64,000 bases of DNA, from NCBI GenBank assembly GCA_051294375.1, contig CM119268.1:10114370-10178369 (forward strand). The letters are read 5' to 3'. The DNA comes from Paraspadella gotoi (Eukaryota; Animalia; Chaetognatha). A program made the position numbers and the translations under genes. The notes under the pieces were generated by a model. The model was given only the letters and a program-made list of their open reading frames with translations. It was not told where the DNA came from and did not search any database. Every line of letters begins with the position of its first letter. The stretch's first letter is position 1. This document shows, piece after piece, positions 51,601 through 64,000 of this stretch.

Positions 51601-54600
51601 TGATAGTGGAAGGTTTTTTCTTCCTTAGATTTTTTAATGTTTAATTATTTTTAGGAACATTTAATCGGGTTGATTATTGATTATTGATTTATTAAGAAAG
51701 AATGAAACGAAATAAAAATACTACATATTAAAATTTTTTTTAAAAAAATTAGATTTTTTTGCAATAAAAAATATTTTGTGCTAACTAATAAAGGTTTAAA
51801 GAACCTTTACAGAACCTAGAATCGGTGAAAAAGTTCAAAAAGTTTTCATAGCGATATTATAAAATTAAGAAAATAGTGAAAAGGTTTTGCTCTTGTCCCT
51901 AGGTGCGTGCACAAGTTTTGGTATATGTATCAAATAGGTGCATCTAGCCTAAGTAGGAAATTTGAGAAAAAAAGAAAGAGAAAAGTAAAAAAACGAAAGA
52001 ACACGATGGGTTCATCAGACCTGAGATCTCGCTACCGATTGCGAGCGGAATGGCAGCGGAGGGGGTGTGCCCCATTAAGGCAGTATGCCCTAATATATGC
52101 GGTAGAAGAATGAGTTTTAAAATATTTTTAGACGTTGTGTTTTCAACTTTCTTTTCGTCGTGTTTTGTAGTTAATGCAAAAATATTTTTTCAGTTTCAAC
52201 AACGATTTATATTTTTATTTAAAAAAATATTTTTGCATTAATATTTTTTTTAATATTACGAACGATTTTTAGACCACAAAATACATATACCAACGTCCCG
52301 TTTAATAGTTTTTTTTAGAACTCTATTGCTGTCCGACCATTAAACAATATTACACTATTGTAAAATTAATATTAGGCTATTAAAGTTGGGTAACTAAAAG
52401 GTTTAGTATATAATGGTTAAGTTCTAACCTGAAGTCGCGGCGGCGCGTGGAGATCTAGGAGCGACGGCGTTCATGCGATGGGGTAGCGTTCCGTTTCCTC
52501 CTTCTCGGGTCCCAATAAATAATAGAACAATTGTAGCTTACTTACTTCTATTTTTTCCCGTTTTTTTCTTTCATTCTTTCTTTTTTGTTGCTAATTTTTA
52601 GGTTTATAGCTTGCTCCGCAACTTCTTTAACACCCTCTAGCAGCCATGGAACGGGTACTGGGCTTAGGAACCAGGCTTGGGGGGTTTTCCAGGCTCAAAA
52701 GGCGGTTTTCGGCCGTCCTCACACTTATCACAGGGGAGGTACCGGGTTGGGATTGAACCCGGTACCTAGTGGTCATGAGATGATGGCTTTACTCAATGAG
52801 CCTGAAAGTGTCATGCTTATAGGCGGGGTAAACTTACTCGACTTTTTTTCTGTGTCTCTTTGTTTGATTTCTCTCTTTCTTTTTCTCAATTTTCATTTAA
52901 TTTCTTCCATTATTTTCCCTTCATTCTTTCTTTCTTACCGTTGCTGCTGGCCTCGCCCCCGCCATCGGAGGACCTGTTCGTTGGGGAACCTTCGGCGCTC
53001 GGCGTCTGGACTGGGCCGATGTTCTGGTCGGAAATCTTCCTGAATCTGTGATCCAAATTGAATTTCCAACATTTGAAAAAAAAAATGAGTTCATTTACTA
53101 CGTTTTTATCGAAAGGTTATTTGACGAGACGCACCGCAGCAACAGCTTGCGAACAGGGTTGTCCTGAGAAAGCTCAGAGTCTCCCGCTTTGTTGTACTTT
53201 TCTGCCAGTTCCTTTTCCTTCTTCATGTCGGCGACTTTTCGAAAGACCATCTGAGTCAAATTTGAAAGATTCGGGTCGAAATAATGAATAATGAATGGTT
53301 ACGTACTTACGAAACAATCAGAGAAGAGAAATAATAAAAATAATAATCACTCAACCCCGAACTTGCCGCTTACCCTGTGCCTAAGATTGTAAGTGAGAAC
53401 GAGATTCCTTGCGAACGAGTTGGCGAAAGCCCTGTAGAAGTCGAGGACCTCCAAGAGTCTGTCCCTCTTGATGATGTGGAGATCGCAATAGGTGAGCGCG
53501 CGGACGTTGGCCATCGACTGACCGATCGTCGCTTCTTTCCAAAAGTTATCGCCGATCACGTCGCCCTTACCTTTTTTTTGGGGGGGGGAGGGGGAATCGC
53601 AGAGGAAAATGTGGGTTTAGAGATATATATATATATATATATATATCACGATAAACGATGCTTAACCCTTCGACCGTTCGACAGTAGCACGAAGAACAGT
53701 TTAGACAGTAGACACTATTTAACATCAACGACAACATATGTAATAACTATATAAACGACGACGTAGTAGCAAGAAAGTAAGGTAGTAAAGAAAACGACAA
53801 CTACGAATCGACTGACTCAGTATAGCGACGACTTCGTCGTCCTGAATGACTTCCAACGATCCGGCGACGATGAAGCAAAGGGAATCGAGCGACTCGCCGC
53901 AGTGATAGATGAGATCGCCCGGCGCCGAATGCGTCATGGTGAAGTGGACCGCCAACGCCCGCAGGCACCCGTCCGATGCAAGGCGAAAGGCCGCGCTCTC
54001 GTTGAAGACTGGGTGGAGGTAGCAGAAAGGGGGGGGCGTAGGGGCGGGGGGTTTTGGGAGTGGGAGAGGGCGGAGGAGGGATTTCAGAGATGAAGAACTG
54101 CTTCGTAAAATATAGAAGGCGGCAGATGCTTGGGGGAGGAGGGAAGTGATTTTAAGGATTCGTATGCGAGGAATCGTTTGAAAAAAAAAAAACGGTTCGA
54201 AAGTGATATAACTGAGTTTTCATGGGTTCGATGCGATTGGAGAAGGGAAATGAAAGAAATGGGTTGGTCTCTACGAATAAAAATTGGTTGGGAGAAAAGA
54301 AAGAAGGGAAAGAAAAAAAAGTCTTTTTTTTTTCTTTTTAGTTCGGGAAAGTGGAGAAATTGTGGAGGCGGGGGTCAAGGTCAAAGATTTCTTGAAAAGA
54401 AATTTCGAATTCCAGGACGCCCCTTTCAAAAGGGATTTGATTTTTGAATTCTTCACGTGTTGTTGTTGTTGTTGTGGTAGAGGTCGTCGTTGGCCAAATA
54501 CTAATTATTGTTTTCTAGCCCATTTTCATCGTAACATTGAAATACTTACTAAGTATTATTAAGTATTAATTAGGAAGTTTACAGCCGTTTCTTCAAATAC

Positions 54601-57600
54601 TTAAATGATAAATTCAAACAATTAGATTGATCACATTTTTACCTTTACGGTTTAGATGCACGCAAATGTCGGCTTTCATGTCCTTTGGACAGCAATTTAA
54701 TACCTGTTTTGGAAGAAAAAAAAAAGAGCAACGTTTTAACAAAGGTTACGATATATTCTTGTTTTTATATTCGCGTATATGATAGCCTGAAATATTCATA
54801 TCTTTTTTTAACCATTTTATTGATAATTAGATTACATAAATCGGCAGAAGTTATTGTAAGTTAATAATAAATCAATCGTTAATACGGAAAAGAACCGATT
54901 GATTTACAACTAGTTTATATGAACATAAGTTACATGAGGAACCAGTTGATTTTCAGTTATGGATAACCGGTTGTTTTTTACAATCAGATGCAGCAAATCG
55001 CTTGTTCTTTTGTTCTTGGAACATCTTCGAATCTTAACGAGAGAGACGAACAAGGCAGTTGAAGTTTTAAGGGACGCCGGTCGCTCTTGTTTTGATTCAA
55101 GAATCCATTAAGTAATGATATCAAATAAATTATGTTCTTAAAATTTCGGGGATGAAAGATTATCAAACGAAACAGAAAGTTATCCTTCATTCCCGTTATA
55201 TTCATCGTAAATGAAAACTCTTAAATTAAAACAAAGGCAACGGTTCTTGAATCAAATTAAGAGGTTCAAGCTTTAACTGTAAATTAAATAATTTGTTTGT
55301 GCGTTTAAGTCACAACGAAAGTTGATAAAGAGATAAATAAAAAAATCCGGCAGTTTCTGTATACTTTAACATGAAAATATTTTCGATATAGGTTTAGCAA
55401 AAGAATAGAGCATTCACGATAGAAAAATATTAAAAGAAAAGAAAGAGAGGGCGTTAGAAAGAAGAGTAGAGAGAAACGTAGATTAAACAGCTTTTTTAAT
55501 TTTTTTTATTACGATAAAAGTTAAAAAAAAAGAAACAAAGGGGTGCGGTATTAGGTTTGTTCGGATAAAACACATTCACGAAAGAGATACTTTGAAAAAA
55601 CGTCAGATCACTTTGAAACTTACATTCTATAGAACAAGGAAAATAATGAAAAAAAAACACGTTCATGACGAGATAAGAGGAGTAAGAAGAAAAGAAAATA
55701 CTTTTTGAATATGAATACTGCATTTAAGCTAAGTTAAGCTTTCGTCTTTCATTATTGTTATCTTCATGTGGTAAGAGTCCATCAGCACAAATCACCACTG
55801 GGATGAACGCTACAACGACAAACGTGTTGACTTTTTTAACCCGGTTTTGTTGAAACTTTCGCTGGCGCACGAGTCACCGGAATAAGCAGAGCAGAAGGTC
55901 GAAACTACCGATAGGCTGCAGTAATTCAGAATGAAAACCTCAGAAAGAAAACAAAATCTTCCAAAATATTAAGAAGATTAAAAATTACAAAACAAATTTA
56001 CAAAAAGAATGAAATATGTAAGGAATGACTTGTTGTTTGTCACTTAGTTTTTGCAGAAAGAAAAAAGTAGAAAAACTTTTAATCAATTTTTATCGAGAAA
56101 TTTATCATACAAAACCGTGCGCCAGTTACATAATTGTCATACTAAAATAGAGCACCCAAAAAACCGCGTTAAGAAAAGTCAAGATCACGTTTCAACGCCA
56201 GATATTCTACGAGAGTTCTATGTTTTAATAAAAACAATTAACTCCTGTGATAATTATCATTGAGAACGCTAAAATAAAAAACAAAAACAAAAAACAAACA
56301 AAATTAGCCCACTCTAGCATCTGACTTTCGTGGAATCTGCAAATTTTGCAACCGGAACAATGTTCGGCCTGCAAAATGTGCGTCTGCCAGACGAAAAACG
56401 GTTTTGAAAATTTTTTCTTCCCTCAAAATTTCAATTGGTTGAAGGATGAATGGTTCACAAATAGTACGCATCGCTTGTCCCAACTGGCTATCACGTTGAG
56501 CGAAATATGATATAAAATATCAAAATTTATGTATGTATGTATGCAATTCGGGAATTATTTCGTTTGCCTCGTTTAACTCTGTGAGTTCACTAATAATTTA
56601 ATTTAAAGACATCATTCTTTAATTTTTTTACTTGGATGTTTTTTTTGCTAAATTTCCCTTTTCTCTTTGAATTCAACTCGTTTTCCCTTTTTTCCTTAAT
56701 TTCTCACGACCCAAGTCTGAAGACCCAAGTCTCCAGGAGAGATAATTCCCCTCATGATGGGTCCTTTTCTCTCTGGGGACGTCGATCTTCGTTCCCACCG
56801 AAAACCAGGTTTTTCGTTGGGGGTCTTGAACACGAGAGTTTCTGTCGCGAGAAAACTTTATTATCGTTAAAAACTATTGTCAACGAATGTCATTGATTAA
56901 ATGATTAGAAGATTAATTAATAAATATAGGATGCAATTATTTGTTTTTTTCGTTTGTTTCCTTCATTTAAATTCGTTGTCAAAAAAAGTTATTGTTTTTT
57001 GTTTAATTTAAGAGCAAAACTCAGTTGTTCAGTAACAATGATCGCTGTCCAGTATTCGGTATTCACCGCTCACAACTCCGCTCCTCTCCTACTACGTCAA
57101 GACCCTCTTCGCATTCGCCTCCGCCGATCCACCGCGTGACTGGAATTCAACCCGAAGATGATTCTCCCTGCGAATCGACAACTTGGCGAACTCTACATCG
57201 CAGATGTTCGGAGATTCGCGGGGGTGACTGCTCTCTAAAGCGGCCGCGGCAGCAGCAGCGGCAGCGGAGCCGGAAGGCCGAGGTCGATGACGGAGGTAAC
57301 CCCCACTAGTTACAGAGGGGGTGGGGGTGGTGACTATCTACGGCGACCACCGTCTGTGACGCCTTCTCATTCCACCCCCCCTCAAAAATTATACCAACAA
57401 ATGTCAAGAGTCAACCTTCATCCACGTCATAATTTTTTTCTCTCTTTTTTTTTTTATTACTAAATTTTATATTTTCGACTAAGAAAAAAATAAAATAAAT
57501 GAATGAATCATGAAGCGACTTTGATCGCTCGATAATAATTTAGGGAACAGGGCGGAGATTAAAGTCGCCAGGATTCTCTCACCAGGGGGCGACGAGGTCT

Positions 57601-60600
57601 CCATCCACAACGAAAATTTTCCCCCGCGGGGATATTTTGTCGCCTTTCGGTTTTTCGAAGAGAAGACGAAATTATTTTTTTTTTCGTCACTTTTCGAAAA
57701 AAAAATTATTTGGAAGTTACTACGGATGTTTTTATTGTAATAATACGAATTAATTTCCATAATTATAATTATTTTCGGATAAAATGTAACGAAAATAACG
57801 AAAAAAAACAAAACAAAACAAAACAACGAAAGCACAATGCGTTTAGTTTCGCGGCGCACGTTGCTGTTCTTTTGTTTATTTTTCTCGTCGTCGCCGCTGG
57901 CGTCGCTCGCGACCAACGCCGAACTAGACGAAGATCCGCGAGAGGACCGGAAGAGGTCGCTCGGCCTCGGCGAGGACAACAACGACAACGAGGAAGAGGG
58001 CGTTGTCGATATAGACGCTTCCTTATCTCCTTTGCCGCCGTTGGCTACGCAAGTAGCGCCACCAAAGGCGTCGCGCCATGCGTCACGACAAGCGTCACGC
58101 TACGCCATCGCGTTCGATCCCCGATATTCATTCGTCAAAAATTATGTGGAAAGAAGAGAGGAGATTAGGAGGAGGGACAATCCTTGGAATTTGCCGGGTG
58201 AGGATAGAAAAGAAAAGAAAAGAAAAGAAAAGAAAAGAAAAGAAAAGAAAAGAAAAGAAAAGAAAAGAAAAGAAAAGAAAAGAAAAGAAAAGAAAAGAAA
58301 AGAAAAGAAAATGTGGAAAGAAGAGAGGAGATTAGGAGGAGGGACAATCCTCGGAATTTGCCGGGTGAGGATAAAAAAGAAAAGAAAAGAAAAGAAAAGA
58401 AAAGAAAAGAAAAGAAAAGAAAAGAAAAGAAAAGAAAAGAAAGAAAAGAAAAAAAAGAAAAGAAAAAGAAAAGAAAAGAAAAGAAAAGAAAAGAAAATAA
58501 AACAAAGAAACATAACTTGAAATACATACGAGAAAATACCGGAAGGAAAGAATAAAACCAAGAAGTCAATTCGGCAATCAAAAAAGCAAGCAAGCAAGCA
58601 AATAAAAAAATATTCTTCACCACCAATTCTTCCCCGAGATCGTCAAAGCGATCGATCGGACGGCATCGCTCTTCCTTTCGGCATCGAATTGCAAAAAGTC
58701 GCTATGGACGGCGTCTATTCCTTCAGAAAGAAAAGCGGGAAATTCGCATCAGGTCCAGCAGATCATTTTCTCATTAAAATAAAAGCCACCGATTTTCTAA
58801 TTATTCATCGATTTAATCATTAATTTTGATTCGGTCCGAGGTTGAAATTCTATTCTTTTTTTTTCAGAATCCGTGACGGTCACCTACGACCTCTCTCTCC
58901 AACATTTGGCTGAGCGTGAGATCACGTGCAAGATGGCGGGACGGCGTCCGAGGGAAGTCGATTGGCCCGTCCTAAAAACTTACCAGCGCCGGGCGAGGGT
59001 AAGGTAGACGGGGCTGGAATTGTTAATAGTTTAGTTGAGGAGCGTCTCTCGATATCGGCTCCACCTGTCCTCGCAGGTCCGCGGCCGAGTTCGTCCGCTC
59101 CTCGGAACGGTTCGTCGCGGCGCCACAATACTGGATGATTTCTTGAAGGCCTTCAGCCACTGGGAGCGTCAGGCAAAGGCCAGACGAATCATGATCCGGT
59201 CCCACAGATTCGGATGCAGCGTCATGACAGAGTAAGGCCGATTGGATAACTGTGAATGCGTGGCAATGAGGTTGTTTCCAATTTTTCTCATTCCTTCGTC
59301 TTCCGATCGATTGGGGTCGTTTAGTTGCGACTCTGACCGCCAGGCGGTTTTCCTCTGCGTCTTCGCGACGCCGAATCGAATTCCCAATCGTCATTTTCGC
59401 GTCTACAAAAACATCCTCAACTTTCCTAACAAAGACGAGGGGCGAACAGAGGAGGAGGAGCAGGAGGAGGATGAGGAGCAGGAAGAGGAGGAGAGGCTAT
59501 CCGAAGGTGATTGGTGACTGGTGACTGATGGATGGTAACTGTGACAGTGAATGGTGACAGTGTTTGACAAGGTTCCTGGAATCATTTGGGAGTGATATTC
59601 TAATTTTTTTTTTTCAGAGACGGCGAAGAAGAACGATCCCAACGACACCGACGACGAACACGATGACGTCGCCCTTCCGGTTCCAGCGACGCCCGCGCCA
59701 GAGGAGTCGGATCCCGCGGGAGAGCCTTCGACGGCCGACGAAGGAGTCGAGAAGACGAACGCGAAGGAAGAGACGAAAAGAAAAGAAACGAAGCGAAGGA
59801 AGAAAAGTAAAAACGAAAAAGAAAAGAGCGAAGAAAATCGAAGACAAAAGAAAAGATTAAAAGAAGAAGAAGAATCCGATTTCGAGAAAGAAAAATCGAA
59901 GAGAAAGCGAGAGAAAAAGCAAAAACAACAACAACATCAACGACCACTTCGTGACGAAGAGTCCAAAGACGAATTGACGGAGACCAGAGAGAAGGGAGAA
60001 AGAAACGCGACGAGAAATGAAGAAGCGTCTCTGACGATTGGCGACGTTGCAGACACTCCGGAAACGACGGGGGAAGAGCATCCGTCCGCAGAGGAAAAGC
60101 TAGAAGCCTCGGTGAAGGAGGAAAAGAACGAGGCTGGGCCAGACGAGACTGGGCCAGACGAGGCTGGGTCTAAGACCGAAGAATCTGAGCCTGAGACAGT
60201 CAAGTCAGAGATCGATCCTGAGACTCAGGAGTCCGAGACCGACGAGTCTAAAACCGTTCAATTTGAGACGGACAAATCTAATACCAGCGAGACTAAGTCC
60301 GTGACGGATGAGACCGACGAGTCTAAGACAAACACATTGAAAATCAATGAATTTAAGACTGAGGATTCTAATTCAGCCGTGGAAAACCCGCGATCGGAAA
60401 AAGACAGAGAAACGACGCAAGAAGCCAGTGAAGATAATTCTCTGGCTAAGGTCGAGAAAGAGCAGCGTTTAAACAATTCGTTCCCAACGAAGAACGACTC
60501 TATTGTTTCGAGTGTCGATGAGACCGAATTAAAGTCCGCATCAAAGGCCAAGTCAGATAACGCGACGGAGTACTTGTCAGAGGCACCGACAGAAAATGTT

Positions 60601-63544
60601 TCTCAGGCTGCTACTGAAGTTTCGTCGCAGGTTAAGTCAGAGGCCGGGGCTGAGGCCGGGGCGAAAACGAGGGCGGAGGCTGAAGAAAAGGCCAGGGTAG
60701 AGGCCGAGGAAGAGGCCAAAGATGAAGACGAGGAAGAGGCCAGAGCAAAAGCGTCTTCAGAAGCAGCTTCAGGGGTCACAACTCAAGGCTTGTTGGGAAC
60801 AACATTGGAGATTTCATCATCAGAAATTGCAACACTATCTACGCCCACGTCGTCGCCAACTGATGTCAATCAACTCAAATCCCAGATTCCAACCGAAACT
60901 CCTGCTCCGGAATCACCTAAAGACGCCGGAAAAGCTCCTTTAAATCCGGCGTCGGAATTCGCCTCCAAATCGACCTCGAATACCAAGTCGGAGCCGGCGC
61001 CGTTATCCGCTCCGGCGCCGTCGTCTAAATCGGCGCCAAAAATCGCCTCCGAATCGGCGCCTTCGACGAGCGATATGTCCCGGCGCCGACGGCCGCAGTC
61101 CCGGCGCCTTCGCCCGTCTCCGCAGCGCCGGCGCCGCCCAGAGGAGTCTCTCGATCCGCTGCAGACGCGTCTAATCGGCCAGGCCCTCTACCTAGGCGGC
61201 CATCGAGGTGTCAACGATTGGAGCCTCATTCCCGGCTTCGAGCATCTCCGTGGACGGCCACTCGACGAGAGCTGCGTCAAGTGCGTGGATTTCTTGAAGG
61301 AGGCGCAACTGGATTTCGAGGAGGTGATTGGGGCGATGGTTGGGAATGCTCCAACGAAGAATCCGCCGGGTTCACGGTTGGGCAACGATATTATTTTTTT
61401 TCTCGTGTCATTCGGGTCATTTTTACTTCGGATCTCTTAGTTATGTCAACGTATGGAAATTCTTTTTCAAAATTAAGACTTTTACTTGAATATAATTGTT
61501 ACATTTTGAGCGACTTATTTTTTTAATTTTTTTATCGAAATTTCTCTTTTTTTTCCCCTTTTCCCTTTTATAATCAGATTAAATTTGCTTGAAATTCAAG
61601 AACTTTGGTTACTATTCTTCGCCATCTTCCTTTTCTTCCCTCTCTCTCTCCTTCTTTTTTGTTCTTTTTTTTCCTTTCAATTATCTCTGTTTGTTTTCCT
61701 CCTTCTCTCCTCCAGAGCTTTTTTTTAAATTAGTCCCCGGGGAATCTTCCACTTCCTCTGGTAAATTCTTCCAATCTTTTATCATTCTGACGTTAACGAA
61801 GTTTCTTTTTCGCCCCATACTTTGCACATTCGTAGTATTTCACTGAATGAGGTTGTTTTTTTTCCTTCCGGTTGACTGTTTCCCTTTTTTTTTTGTTAAC
61901 TGCATTTGGATTCGGTTTAGGCTGCCAGATTCGGTGGCGGCGGCGGCTACGGCGGCGGCGGCTACGGCGGCGCCGGAGGCGACGGCGACGGCGGGGTGAA
62001 ACTCGTGGCTCGTCCTTGCAACTACACCGTCTTTCAAAACCGCGGGATCTTTCCGATTCCATCTTTCGCCTACAAATGGAATTTGTGGAAAGAAGGTTTA
62101 AAAAATCGTTGAAATCCTTATTTATTCGTTAGAACTATAACAATTTTAAACTGTATAAAGTATAAACTAGACAATATTGATAATAATACTAATAATAATA
62201 ATACTCGCAAATTATCCTCTCCCATCCCGACGATTACCCTTACCCCCCTCAAAAAGGGCGTTCGGTCGCCGCCTGTCGCGCCCTTTGCGACGCCGGCGAG
62301 TTCGGCTGCCAATCCTTCGTCTTCGCGCGGCGTTTAGGCGCCGGATGCTGGATCATGCCCGGCGTGGCGGCGGACTACGAACGCCACACGCTCCTCAGGC
62401 GGAACCGAAACTTCGACTTTTACTCCCGATATTGTGACGACGGATCAGCCACTTTTTAAGAAAGAGAAACAGTTGCAACAGCGAACAAACCACGTTGAAC
62501 TGTATAGATCCATGGACGTCGGATTGTTTATGAATATGTACAATGTACATGTACAATGTACAATTTACATGGTACAGTAATTATTAGTTGTCATGAAATC
62601 TTGCTAGGTTTTGGAATTTACGATTTAATTTTAACCTAAACATTAACCTTAATTTTTCTGTAATTTGCTAACACCTGCGAACAACCACTCTGTATTCGAA
62701 TTTTAAAAGTATGTATTATTTATTACCTAATACGTTTTAATCTTCACACAATTCGGTAGTATTGCAAACTCTTTTGTCTGGTTTTTCACTCGTCCGTTTG
62801 TTGTATTTCTTACTATGTAAATTGGCGATCGCACTTTTTGTGAACCTTAAAGAAGACTAAAAAATAAAATTCTCATATTCCTCGTCGTGTGCGCGTTTTT
62901 TGCTTTTTTTTTCTAACGCGTTTTCACGACCGGATATGATTTAAAACTGCGTTCTAAACTAGGTTAAGTCATTACGTTTAAAACGAACAGTTTAGGACGG
63001 AAGTTAAAATTAAAAGTGTTAAAAAGACGAAGGCACACTGATTTTTTTTTTTCTAATGAGAGACAGTGGAAGAGAGAAAAGAGAAAAAAATATCGCTACG
63101 ACTGACATTATAAAATAAAATATATTAACTAGTACAAAAAAATTCTAGATCTTCTCAAAATTTAGTAGTATATCGAAATACAAATATTTTATGATATAGA
63201 ACTCACCTTATTGGTATCGATGCCTTTAGTGATCGCCCACGTCGATACGACATAATCGTAAACTCTTTCTGAGAGACCTGGATTATAAAACAATTGATTA
63301 GTATTGCATTGTTACTCCACTACACAGTAAGAATATCGGAGCCTTTTGTAATTCCAATTATAATTTGAGCTGATTTTAGTGGAAATAACGAAGGGCGACA
63401 AGAGACGATACTTACCTTTGGGAACCTCGTGAAGCTTCATAAACTCTCTGACGCTGTTGAGCATTTCGTGATACCGCGCCGTCGCCGAATACATTTGTTG
63501 GAAAATCGTAGTCACGTTACCGAAGATGGTCGCGTACAACAAAG
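43884..63544 (-). CDS. eag: Ether-a-go-go (Kv10, KCNH1/5-like) potassium channel, 5'-partial: S6, C-linker, CNBHD, tetramerisation coiled coil and long tail
   Basis: [48 protein letters not shown]|[123 protein letters not shown]; downstream exons stay in phase to the stop at 43884. Confidence 0.93.
51227..51368. repeat. Foldback inverted repeat in eag intron
   Basis: Perfect 33-bp arms TTAGAAGAAATAACCAAATTTGTTAGCGACAAC plus inner arms TTTATTTGGACATG / CATGTCCAAATAAA. Confidence 0.85.
52631..52835 (-). mobile_element. Second copy of the tRNA-derived SINE-like repeat (eag intron)
   Basis: Shares ctagcagccatggaacgggt...gtaccgggttgggattgaaccc...tgtcatgctta.aggcggggt.aactt with 21165-21380. Confidence 0.7.
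57837..62459 (+). CDS. Nested antisense gene: secreted protein with degenerate CAP/SCP-like region, charged/S-T-E-P linker and C-terminal PAN/apple domain, ~975 aa
   Basis: Exons 57837-58197, 58868-58998, 59077-59231, 59325-59506, 59618-61338, 61921-62095, 62257-62459 are all GT-AG and in phase. Signal-peptide-like [25 protein letters not shown]; CAP-like [28 protein letters not shown]; PAN-like [27 protein letters not shown]. Confidence 0.7.
58144..58496 (+). repeat. Tandem duplication of an exon end plus (AAAAG)n microsatellite
   Basis: atgtggaaagaagagaggagattaggaggagggacaatcct.ggaatttgccgggtgaggata occurs at 58144 and 58311, each followed by (AAAAG)n. Confidence 0.9.
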
Positions 63545-64000
63545 CTGAAGGATGAGCAAAGGAAGAGGGGAGAGAGAGATAGAGATAGAGATAGAGATAG
63601 AGAGGAGATCATGTACGTTTGTCGTTTATCCTCCAAGTCGTCGTCGTCGTCGTGGTGGACGCTAAACTCAGTATACGTACAACGACCGTACTCGTGACGA
63701 TACGATAAGAAAGATTTATTCATTGATGTAGTTTTTAGCATAGTCTTTACTTGGCAGCAGAAAAAAAAATCAAATTGGTACAACCAATATAAAATTATCC
63801 ATTCATTTAATAAATAGGTTATCTTGCCCCTGACTTTGGACAGGCTTGGGTGGTTTAAGGCCTCCATCACTCTTACAAGAGAACGACAAAGCAGATTTTA
63901 AATAACCATTAAAAAAAAAAAAAAGAATTTCTGAACTCAATTCAGACAACGAGGAAGTCTACAAAATTTAGTGCAGTTTCGATAAATTGACTCCATTTAT

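Noticed and set aside
58142-58626. Phe/Ser/Leu-rich 'membrane protein' ORFs on the minus strand
   Set aside because: Translation of the (CTTTT)n repeat

Overview
This is animal genomic DNA, probably a bilaterian invertebrate (GC/CpG-rich exons, short AT-rich spliceosomal introns, abundant GA/AATC microsatellites, MITEs and SINEs). I spliced exons by hand using intron boundaries and checked phase compatibility. From left to right the window holds: an IER/SERTA-like gene (-), a synaptopodin/calsarcin-motif gene (-), three tandem Rel/NF-kB-family genes (-), a MyD88-like death-domain+TIR adaptor gene directly upstream of them on the same strand, a possible small gene, NF-YC (+) behind a promoter with 12 CCAAT boxes, an uncharacterised 2OG-Fe(II) dioxygenase-like gene (-), and the 3' half of an eag (Kv10/KCNH1-5-like) K+ channel gene (-). 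The Rel genes are one canonical copy with an intronic tRNA-Gln, one copy truncated to the N-terminal RHD subdomain, and one full-length copy with a rewritten DNA-recognition loop. The eag gene has a very long C-terminal tail, and its 8.5-kb intron hosts an antisense nested gene for a secreted CAP-like + PAN/apple protein. The most striking structure is the compact, co-oriented MyD88-Rel-Rel-Rel Toll-pathway cluster (~15 kb). All product calls rest on motif recognition from memory; no database searches were run.
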